Source: Bugula neritina (taxonomy: Eukaryota > Animalia > Bryozoa). From it: a DNA stretch of 64,000 nt. Shown piece after piece: positions 12,201-24,200 of the stretch. The first letter of the stretch is position 1. Each line of letters opens with the position of its first letter. The DNA lies in the NCBI GenBank assembly GCA_964035545.1, contig OZ037767.1:133480-197479 (forward strand), given 5' to 3'. The notes beneath the pieces are model-generated. The model ran no database searches. It was given only the letters and a program-made list of their open reading frames with translations, and was not told where the DNA came from. The translations under genes and the position numbers were made by a program.

Positions 12201-15200
12201 CAAAAAAAATTTGGTAAAAGACGAGTTTGGGTATCGGGTATTGATAATATTTGGGCGGCCGATTTGGTTGATATGACCGAATTCGCTAAATTTAATAACG
12301 GTTATAAATATTTACTAACGGTAATAGACGTGTTTTCAAAATACGGTTGGATAATACCTTTAAAAAATAAAACCGGTAAAGCCGTTGCTTTAGCTTTAAA
12401 AACAATTTTAAGCAGCCGTAAGCCTCAACATTTATGGGTTGATAAGGGAAAAGAATTTTATAATAAAGACGTAAAGTCCTTAATAGACTTATATTCTACG
12501 GAAAATGAAGAAAAGTCCAGCGTAGTAGAAAGGTGGAATAGAACTATGAAAGAGCGAATGTTTAAATACTTTTCGGCTAATAATACTTATAAATATATAG
12601 ACGTACTAAAAGATTTAGTAAAACGGTATAACGAGACTAAACATTCGTCTATTGGAATGACACCGATTGAAGCTAGTGATCCTTCTAACGAAAATAAAGT
12701 ACGCGTAAAATTATATCCAAACTTACCAGCGCCTTCTAAACCTAAATTTACTATAGGTGATAGAGTGCGTATACCGCGTAAGAAACGAACGTTTGAAAAA
12801 GGTTATACAGTTAGATGGACGGAGGAGGTGTTTACTATAAGTAAAATATTATATACGAATCCGACGACTTATAAATTAACTGACTCGGGAGGAGAAGAAA
12901 TTCAAGGATTTTTTTACGAACAGGAATTACAAAAGACGAGTCAAGAAATGTATAGAATAGAGCGCGTAATTAAAAAGAAAGGTAAAAAGGCTTTAGTAAA
13001 ATGGTTGGGTTATCCCGAGTCTCAAAACTCGTGGGTAAATTTAAACGTTTTAGAACGATTATAGTAGACACAAACACATTTGTGTCCATAAAAAGTGGAC
13101 ACAAACACATTTGTGTCTATAAAAAGTGGACACAAACACATTTGTGTCTATAAAAAGTGGACACAAATTAAACGTAAAGTGGACACAAATTTGTGTTTAT
13201 ATAAATGAGTTATTTAAAGATTAATGATCCTATAAAAAGAGATAAGACCGTACAAGATTTTATTTCTCAAAAGAATAAAATAAAAGAAATTTTTAAACGA
13301 GAACGTGAGCAAAAATTAAATGCGGCTATAGCTCAAGAAAAGTTTTTTGAACCCGTAACAACTTCGCAAGCTCAAACGACTGACGCATTAAAACAATTGC
13401 TTACATTACCCAATTATAATGTTCAACCGGCTATAACGGATGGAGTTATAAATTTAGACGAATTTACTCAAAACGCTTTAGCTGGCTTAGAACCTGGCGC
13501 TTATAACGTAAAGTGGGATGGTAATAGACACGTTATTGGTACGAAACCTATAAGCTTTAACGATGGTAAAATAATTTTTGACAACGAAGAATATTCGGCG
13601 ACTAGAGGACTTTTAAGTCTTTTAACGCGTAAAACGCCTATAGGATATGATGATAATGATTTAGCGAATTACGCTAATATACTCGATAATAGCGGCGCTA
13701 TATATCAAAGTAAACACGGTCCCACGGATAAAAATAGTGATAAGTGGAGACGTATTGTTAGACCTATTTGGGAACAATTATATCCTCAGAGAGCGAAACT
13801 CGCTGATAGTAAAAAAGCTAAAAGGCAAGTCGGTGATGGAGTAGTTTATTTATCGTCTGATCCTAACGCTTTAGTAGAACGACTTCAACTTTTAATTTCT
13901 AGCGCTAAAGCCGGAAATACGGGAGTGCGAAACGAAATTGTGTCTATATTAGACGAATTACTTAGAATGAAAATTATTACTCGTGACTATTATAAAAGTA
14001 TTCTCGTATAATAAATGTACGTTTACGATAAAAGACAACGATTACAAAGACACTACGCGGGTGGTGGAATATTTGATATCATTAAAAATGTAGTAACTAA
14101 AATAGCTAGTAATTCCAGCGTAAGAGAATTAGGTAAAAAGGCTATAGCTAAAGCGGGTACCGCGGCCGGTGAAAAAATTGTTAACGCGATTAAAAAAAGA
14201 AGGCAAAAAAAGTTGAACGCTAAAAGTCAAGCTATACTACAAAAGCTTAATCAAACTAAAAATATATTAAAAGTACTTAATAATAATAATAATATAAGTA
14301 ATATTTTAGAAGGAAGCGGACAAGCTATAGCTTATTAAGAAATTATTTTACTATAATAAATGGACTCTTTAAACATTACGCAAAAAATTGTATTTGATAC
14401 GAGCGTAGAGCGCGATCAGGTGCACGAATACGAACCCGTAACGGGAACGAATTTAGATAACCCCGGTGAAATTAGAATAGTTATTAATCAGCAAGATTTG
14501 TACGTTCAGCCGAGTAAAAGTTATTTAATTATCGAAGGACGTTTAACTAAAGCCGATGGAACCGCATACGCCGACGCCGACGCCGACTTAGTAACTCTAA
14601 CGAATAACGGTATGGCTTATTTGTTTAAAAGTATTAGATATCAACTCGACGGACACGACTTGGAATATATAAATAATCCCGGACACGCTTCGACCATGAT
14701 GGGTTTACTAACTTATCCCGACGACTACGGTAAGTCGAGAGGTCTTAATCAGTTGTGGTCAAAAGATACTACCGCAGCCGCTGCCGCCGCTAATTTAGGT
14801 TTTAACGCGCGTCAAATTTACGTTATACAAAAGCCAGATCCTAAAGGAACTTTTAGTATTAAGGTGGATCTCAGACATTTATTTGGTTTTGCCGATGACT
14901 ATGAAAAAGTGTTATACGGCATAAAACATCAATTAACGCTAGTACGCGATACTAACGATAACGCCATATTTAGAGCTAATGGCGTTGACGCCGGAAAAAT
15001 AACGTTGGATAAAGTGTCGTGGTGGATGCCTCACATAACACCTGACTTCGAAATGAAAAATAAGCTTTATAAAATTATAGAGAGTAAAACGCAGCTTCCA
15101 ATAATTTATAGGTCTAGGTGGTGCGATAGTATCGCAGTACCGCAAACTACTAATTTTACGTGGCGTTTGGGTTCTAGAGGAGATACGGAAAAACCTAAAT

Positions 15201-18200
15201 ATATTATTGTAGGTTTTCAAACGGATAAGACTGAAAGTCAAACGACTAATCCGGCAGTATTCGATCACGTTAACGTTAAAAGTATATACGCGATGCTAAA
15301 TAGCGAGCGGTATCCCGAGGTTGATTACGATATAGATTTTGCTAAAATGAAGTTTAGTAGAGTGTACGGAGACGCTTCGAAATTTTGCGGAGATTATTAC
15401 GGTATAAACGAGCTAATCGCTTATTCAAACGTATTACCTTCGGAATATAAAAGATCTTTACGTTTTGTTCGTAATAGACGTTAGTAAGCAAAGCGAGGCT
15501 CTTAAAAGTAGTGTAGCCGATATTCAATTGAGAGTTCAGTTTAGTCAAAACGTGCCGGCTAATACTCAGGCGTACGCGTTAATTCTATCAGATAAAACCA
15601 TGTCTCTCACTTCCGATGGAAATAATTTAAAAGTTATATAAATGGAAAACAAATTATTAAGAGAAATTGCTGATAATACGGCCTCTAAACAAACGATGAC
15701 TATAGGAGTTACTGATACTAAAACGAGAATAATTACTCAACTTAATCCGCCTATTGAATTAAATAAAAATAAAAAATACGAAATGTGTCTTATTAGTTTA
15801 GATATGTTTTATTCTTTTCCAAACATTAGTACCGATAGAAATTCCTATAGATGGTCTAAAGACGGTGGTACTACGTGGCATTTAGTTTCGTTACCAGTTG
15901 GAGTGTACGAATTAGATCAATTAGAAGAAGCTATTCAAGACGAAATAGTAAAAGAGGGGGGTAATAGAAACGGTATTACTTTACAAGCTAATAAAGTAAC
16001 TTTTAGAATTATACTTAAATTAAAACCAAATTATCGAATAGATTTTAACGTTGAAAATTCTCTAAGAGACGTTTTAGGTTTTGACGCGGCGATATACAAT
16101 CAACCTTATATCGAAGCTACGAACATAGTAAACATTTTAAATATAAACGCTATACACGTACAAGTTGATTGTATTAACGGAAGTTATATCGATGGTACTT
16201 ATAAACCCGTTATTTATTCATTTTTTCCGAGCGTTAGTCCGGGATATAAAATAATAGAAAAACCTCATAATTTAATATACTTACCCGTTCACGTTAAATA
16301 TATTAAGACGTTAACCGTTACGGTAACCGATCAAAAAGGTAATTTATTAGATCTTAGCGGTGAACAACTTTCAATAAGATTTCATTTAAGAGAAGTTTAA
16401 TGTATTATATAAATGGGTTATTGCAAAATTATAGGAAATGTGCCACAGGCGCAAAAACAAAAAATAATGAACGCTTATAGAAGCGGTAAGGGTTGCACTA
16501 TTAAATTACCTCTCGAAAGCGGAAACGATAAACTAGCCATTACGAAAACGCAAAACGATAATATTTTAAAAGCGTTAAACGCGAATAAAAAAAATATAAC
16601 GCTCGAAATGTCTCCGTCGTTAGTAAAAACTAATGCGTCAATGAGCGGAGGATTTTTAGGAGCTCTATTGGGTATAGCTACGAGAGTAATACCTACGCTA
16701 TTAAAAACTATTATACCGGGTGTACTTTCAGGAGCCGCTAGCGCGGGAGTCGAAAGAGCTATTAAAGGTAAAGGTCTTTATTTGAAAAGAGGCGGATGCG
16801 TATGTTCCGTAGAACCTAATTCAAACGGTTCTATTACTTTAAAACCAGTCGCGCCGTCTAATTTAATGAAGGGTAACGGTTTATATTTAAAACAAGGTTC
16901 TAGCTATATAAACGGCGAAGGTTTAATTTTTGGTCCGAATAGTCCGTTTAAAAATATTCCTCTTTTAGGCATGCTGTTATAGTTTAAGAATATATATATA
17001 AATGGTTGACCCAACAGTAATTACTTATAAAAGCCTCGACGGCACCTCAATTACCGAAACGATATATAAAAACAATGATTGCGAAAAACGAGTATACGAA
17101 GGCGGTGATATTAAAGAAAGAATTATATATAAAAAATTTAATATATTAGACGAAATGAATAATCCGTCTAACGAACGCGGATTGCTCGAAGAAATTACTT
17201 ATAATAATAAAAAAGAAATTATTTATAAAGAAAATGATGGAAAAATTAAAAATAAAAACTATTTACAAAACTAAAGAAATAATTCAAGAACTTAACGTAG
17301 GTTTAATGAATTACGCGGCGGCTAGAATACCGTCATTCTTTACTAAACTAAAATATGCTGAAGACGAAATAGAAAAAAGACGAAATATATTATAGTTTAA
17401 AGAATAAATATATAAATAAAGCACGCTCTTAGCATCCTATACGGATAATTTTTGTATTGAACTCCCTTTTTTAATTAATTATAATATAATTAATTAACAA
17501 ACGTTGTTACGAGCGATTATTATATCGCTTTTTTTATTCGATATTACGCTATTAATATCTTTATATTTTTCGGTTATAACGTCGTACTCTTGGTCGTCTA
17601 TATGAGCGTCGCTTAAAGATTTTGATAACATAGAATTAATTTCTAATTTAGAATCTTTTATAAACGTATATACGTCTAAATACATTAACGTAGATTTAAT
17701 TAATTTAGCGTCTTGAGAAGAAATAGAAGTAGTAATTACACTCATTATACTTACTATTATAGATAATGGTAATAACGTTTGTTTAGTGACGTTAGCGTTT
17801 AATAACGCCGTAATAATAACACGGCATATTAAATTCGTTGTACCGCATAACCCCGAAATTATTTTTAACAATTTTGATAACCAATTAAAGCGATTAAGTT
17901 TTTGTTCGTATTCGTTTTCTAATTTAATAATTTCATCGTTTAAGAGTTCTAATTTTTCTCGTCAAAAGTCCATTTATATAAAAAAATTGATTTTTATTAT
18001 TACATTATTTTATAATATGGAGTTTACTAATGAATTACTCGATAAACTAATAGCCCAAGCTAAACAAAAGAAATATATACCTCTTCCCGAACATACATTT
18101 ATGCGATTAACCGATTATTATACCTTAAAAATTAATTCCGTATCGAATGAAGATCGAGATAAATTATTTAAACACTTTAATAAAAATTTAACATCACGAC

Positions 18201-21200
18201 GTAAAGTAACTAAACTTAAAGCGCAAATAAATAAAATTCTTGAAGATATTTAAAAATTGATTTTATAGTTTAAAGAATTATATATAAATGGAGTTCAATA
18301 CAAAAATTACCGTTAAAGCCTTAAAGGCTCTAGCTAAAGAAAGAGAATTGAAACGATATTCTCGATTAAGAAAAGCCGAACTTATACGGCTATTATCGCC
18401 TATGGACGAACCCGTTCCGAATATAGGACAAGCCCCGTTAATACCTACACCCGTAAAAAAAATTATGCGAGAAATATTTACGCAAACTACGCGTAATATA
18501 GAAAAATGGGTTAAGGGTATTATAAAGCCAATTGCAAAAATTGTAAATCCAATTAAGGATAAAATTATGGCTTTATATAATCAGCCTAAGCTTAAAGAAC
18601 AAGCCGCTAATGGTTGGTTTCAAACTTACGAAATTAAAGGTTTACCCAAATACGATATAGATTCGTTTAGTAAACTAGTAAAATTAAATGTATTAAAATT
18701 ATTAAAACCTACTATAAAAACTAAAATAATATTAACGTGTGAAATGGAAAAAACTAATATAAATACCGGTGAAACTGAATTATTAATTACGGCATTTTCA
18801 TCGCGCATTGAAACTATATTAGAGTCTACAAATATTAATGAAATATACAATGTAATGATTGAACGTATAAAAGAAAATTTAGCTTCGTTTAATTCTAAAG
18901 GAAGTAATTGGATATTTAACGCCATTATAAAAATGGAAATTAATATTAGTAAATATCAACCTCTTAAAGGTTCATCGTATATCGATCTTCCTAAAATAAT
19001 TAAAGATAAAAAGGCTATAATAAATCCAAAAAATAATGATAATAAGTGCTTTATGTGGGCCATATTAGCCGCTCTTTATCCGGCTAAAAACCATTCGAAT
19101 AGAATATCTAACTATAAAGAGCACGTTAATAAAGTATCGTGGGAAGGCGTAGAATTTCCGGCTACAACTAAATCTATTGACCCGTTTGAAAAAGCTAATC
19201 CTAATATTGGCGTTACCGTTTTCGCTTGGAATGGTAATTCTGTATATCCGTGGAGACAATCGTCCAAGCGCTCTAAAACGATAGTTTTATTTCTTATAAC
19301 TAACGAAGAAAAAAGTCATTATACGTGCGTTAAAAATTTGAGTAAATTACTCAGCTTACAGATAAATAGTGATGGGCACGTAAAACAATTTTGTTTAAAT
19401 TGCACGCAAGCGTTTAAAACGGAAAAATCTTTAAAAAAACACCAAGAATGGTGTTTAGCGAATGACGGTGTAGCTATGACCTTTCCAAAACTAGAAAATA
19501 AAATAAAATTTAATTTTGAACATTATTGTCGTAAAATGAGAGTGCCATTCGCCGTATACGCAGACTTTGAATGCTTTACTAAACCAATACAAGGTTGCCA
19601 ACCTAATAATCGAGAAAGCTATACTAATCAGTATCAGCAACACGAACCGTCGGGCTTTGGATATTATATAGTAAGCGTTATTGGCGAATGTAAGTATAGA
19701 AGTTATACTAAGCAATGCGAGGATGAAAATGTTGGCGAACAGTTTATAAGGCTATTAGAATTTGATATTAAAAACTTGTATAAAAAATATAAGTTTCCTA
19801 AGCGCATGAAAATTTCAGCTAGCGAACAAGAGTCTTTCGAGTTAGCTAAAATTTGTCACATATGCGAAAAAAAATTAAGCGACGATAGAGTGAGAGATCA
19901 TTGTCACTTAACTGGAAATTATAGAGGAGCGGCTCATAGTAATTGTAACTTAAATTACAAAGTTCCAAAATTTTATCCCGTGTTTATTCATAATTTGTCG
20001 GGTTACGACGCTCACTTATTTATTAAAAACTTGAGCGGTAAAATTTCTTGTATACCTAATACCGAAGAAAAATATATATCTTTTAGTGAACGAGTAGTAG
20101 TAGACGAATTTACCAATAAAGAAGGTAAAAAGGTTGAAGTTACGCGCGAACTTAAATTTATAGACACGTTTAAATTTATGAGTTCGAGTTTGGCGAACTT
20201 AGTCGTAAATTTAAATCGCGATGATTTTAAACACTTAAAAAAGTATTACGCGGAAAAAGAATTAAATTTATTATTTAGAAAAGGTGTATTTCCCTACGAT
20301 TATTTTAATAACGTAAGCGTGTTGAATGAAACGTCTTTACCTTCTAAAGAAAAGTTTTATTCGAGCTTAATTGAAAAAGATATATCAAATGAAGATTACG
20401 CGCACGCTCAAAACGTTTGGCGAGAGTTTAATATGAAAACGTTTAGAGAATATCACGACTTGTATATGAAAGCCGATGTATTACAATTGGCTGACGTTTT
20501 TGAAAACTTTAGAAACGTGTGTTTAGAGCATTATAAATTAGATCCAGCTTGGTATTATACGGCACCGGGCTTATCGTGGGACGCCATGCTTAAAACTACA
20601 AAATTAGAGTTAGACCCTATTACCGATGTTGAGCAATTACTCTTTTTTGAAAAAGGAATTAGGGGCGGTGTAAGTATGATTAGTCATAGGTACGCTAAAG
20701 CTAATAATAAGTATATGGAAAATTATAACGCTAATGAGCCCAGTAGTTATATTACGTATTTAGACGCTAATAATTTATACGGTTGGGCTATGTCACAAAA
20801 TTTACCCGTAGGCAATTTTAAGTGGATGACTGAAAAGCGGTGTAGAGACTTGGAAAAAAGTTTAAATTTCCCACCTAGCTTCTTGGAAGTAGATTTGGAA
20901 TATTCTAAAGAGTTGCACAACTTTCATAAAGATTATCCGTTCTGCCCCGAGAGATTAACGGTTAATAAAGTGGAAAAACTAATTCCAAATTTAAATAATA
21001 AAAGAAATTACGTTATACACTACGAGGCGTTAAAACAGTGTCTTATGTACGGCTTAAAGCTTACTAAGATTCATAGAGGTATAACCTTTAACGAGTCTAA
21101 TAAACTTAAAGAGTATATAAGTTTAAATACTGAGTTAAGGACTCTAGCTAAGAGCGATTTTAAAAAAGACTTTTTTAAGCTTATGAATTATTCCGTGTTT

Positions 21201-24200
21201 GGTAAAACGATGGAAAATATTCGTAACAGAGTCAATATTAAATTAGTTACTAGCGAAAGTAAAGCTAAAAAATTAACGAATCAACCTAACTTTAAAAGCT
21301 TCACCATATTTTCCGAAAATTTAATAGCGGTTCATATGAATGTAACGGAATTAAAATTTAATAAGCCCGTATATTTAGGAGCGGCAATTTTAGATATTAG
21401 TAAAACAAAAATGTACGACTTCCATTACGGTTATATTAAACCGAAATATAACGCAAACGCGCAGTTGTTATTTACGGATACGGATAGCTTAATGTATCAC
21501 GTACAAACGGAAGATTTTTATGTGGATATAGCTCCGGACGTTGCCAGCACGTTTGACACGAGTAATTATCCCGAGAATCACTCATTACCAACGGGTAAAA
21601 ATAAAAAAGTAATAGGTATGTTTAAGGATGAAGCCGGTGGTAAACAAATTACAGAATTTGTAGGCCTAAGAGCTAAATTATACTCGTATAAAATGGATGG
21701 CATTGAAGAAAAAAACTGTAAGGGTATTAATAAGACTACTTGTAATAATCGTATAACATTTGACGATTATAAAGAATGTTTATTAACGCGACAAGATCAG
21801 CTTAGAACGATGAATGTACTAAGAAGTCATAAGCATACGATGTACGCTGAGACTGTAAATAAAGTGGCGTTATCATCCGAAGACGATAAGAGAATAATAC
21901 TAGAAGATGGTATAACAACGGTTCCTTACGGTTATAATAAATGAGTATAAAGTTACCGAATAAAGCTCTATCGAATATTGAATTAGAGTTTGCGATTAAA
22001 AAATTAAAAATTCCTAATTTTAGAGGAGTATTTTCTAGAAACGACCTACCTTATAAACCGCGTAAAAAAGAGTGCGGTATATTAAATTTAGACGATTTAA
22101 TGGGTAACGGTACTCATTGGGTAGCTTGGTATAAAAATGGAAATAAAAAATATTATTTTGATAGTTTTGGATTACATCCTCCTTTAGAAATAATGAAATA
22201 TTTAAAACCGCCTATATTTTATAACACGGAACGAGTACAAGAATTCGGCACGGTTATATGCGAACACTTGTGTTTATATTGGCTTAAAGAAATGTTTACA
22301 CACGAAACGCCTCAATTAATTATAAATAAATTACTATTATAAATGAGTTCAGTTTATATTTTTGGAAATTCAGCTAAAGCTAATATAATAAATGAAAAAC
22401 CTTATATTACAAAAATTATAATTCCATCAAATTTTTATTATTACGACGATATTGGCTTTAACGCAACATTAATTAAAGATTTTTTAGTTGATGAACCAAT
22501 TGAAATAACAAATATATTAGTACAATTTTACGGTGAACAAGCTCATAATACTAAAAAACTTTATTGGACTGATAAGCGAGTAACCTTATCCCTTCGAAAT
22601 AGTGGTGAAATGTTTAGTAGAAACAATGAAAATACTTCTTATGATATAAGTGGTAATGAACACGATCTTCCGTTTAGCGAAATAAACGCTAATAAAATTA
22701 TTGAAGCTAATAAAAACTTTTCACTATCAATAACATTATCAAAAACTTATCCTAGTCATAAACCCAGTAACGTAATTTTAACTGACACTCCGGCTAGCGA
22801 AATAACCGCCGCGGCGTTACCTTTTCATTACGTATTAGTAAAACTTTATTATAATTATAAATGAATATTTATAAATTTAGTAAAGTCGATATAACGACTA
22901 ATAAAGCGTTTATTTCGGGTATTATAAACTTTAATGAATTTTATTATTACGAAAATATTAATAGTTTTACGGTAGATTTAATTAACGATTATTTAGTAGA
23001 TAAACCTATAAAAATAACGCACGCGTTAATACAATTTTATGGCGAACAAATGTCACACCAAAATACTGAAGCGTTATATTGGACCGATAAAAAATTAGGT
23101 TTGCATATTCGTAACAGCGTAAATCCGTTTGACGAATCTAAAGAAAATTTATTTTATACTATTAGCGGTGCCGAACATAATGTTCCGTATAGTAAAATAA
23201 ATATTAATAAAACCGTTAATGCTAATAATAGTTTTTCATTTACAATAGCTCTTTCGAGCGATTATCCGAGTCATAAACCCGATAACATAATTTTAACTGA
23301 CACTCCTAATATTAGATTTCCTGCTGTCGCAATACCTTTTCATTACGTATATTTTAAACTTTATTATAATAGTATAACTAATTAAACGTTATTACGTATT
23401 AAATTATTATATTCTTAGCGTATAATAATTTACCAATAATAAAATACAATATAGTAAGGCGTTTAAAAAACGCACTTTTTTTTTTAAAAAAAAGTTAGAG
23501 AAAAGGAAAAATATTTTTTAAAAACCGTTAAAAAAAATTTTAAAAAAAAAGTCGTTTTTTTAAAAAAAGTTAACAAAAAAAGTGTGTATGTTCTAAAATA
23601 AAACTTAAAAAAATACTACTAAAGTAGTAGTAAAAATAAACTAATTTTAAATTACTTTACCTCTAGTGAAAACTCACAATTTAATTGTAATATTACTTTT
23701 TTTAATAAAAAACTTATAATTTATTATTATAGTAGTAGTAGAGGAGTACCAATCCTGGATTACTTTGCCTCCAGGGGACTCGCAACTTAGTTGCGAGGAG
23801 CCACTGGAGGCAAAGTGGTCCAGGATTGGTACTCCTCTACTACTCACCTCTACTAACCACACCCTCCACAATAACCCCTCTACTAACCACACCCTCTCCA
23901 ATACCCCCCCCCACTAACCACACCCTCTCCAATACCCCCTTTACTAACCACGCCCTCTCCAATACCCCCTCTACTAACCACGCCCTCTACAACACCCCCC
24001 CCCCACTAATCATGTCCTCCCCAATACCCCCCTACTATCTCCCCAATACCACCCCTCTCTACTAACCACACCCTCTCCAGTACCCTCCCTAATACACAGT
24101 ATTTCCTTACAACTTATACTCCATCTAATCTGTACTGACTTCAGAGTGAATGGCTACCCAAGTGATAATGCTAGCACCTATGGAATAGCCACGGCTCTAA

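Larger units (their letters stand above)
9689..23844. mobile_element. Full-length Polinton/Maverick (adintovirus-like endogenous virus) with an EndoVII-containing pPolB
   Basis: AGTAGTAG...CTACTACT termini, 448-bp TIRs, 6-bp TSD CACCTC (9683-9688 and 23845-23850), intronless dense ORFs for pPolB, integrase, ATPase, MCP, penton and protease. Confidence 0.98.

Noticed and set aside
13063-13198. CRISPR-like palindromic repeats
   Set aside because: No unique spacers, no cas genes, eukaryotic context.
17786-18016. N-terminal extension of the 155-aa ORF
   Set aside because: Overlaps the minus-strand gene and the promoter-like region; ATG 18017 is the more plausible start.
14939-19715. Short antisense ORFs (14939..15268, 15354..15548, 18626..18925, 19065..19259, 19491..19715)
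   Set aside because: Shadows of MCP and pPolB; no TAAATG start or recognisable motifs.
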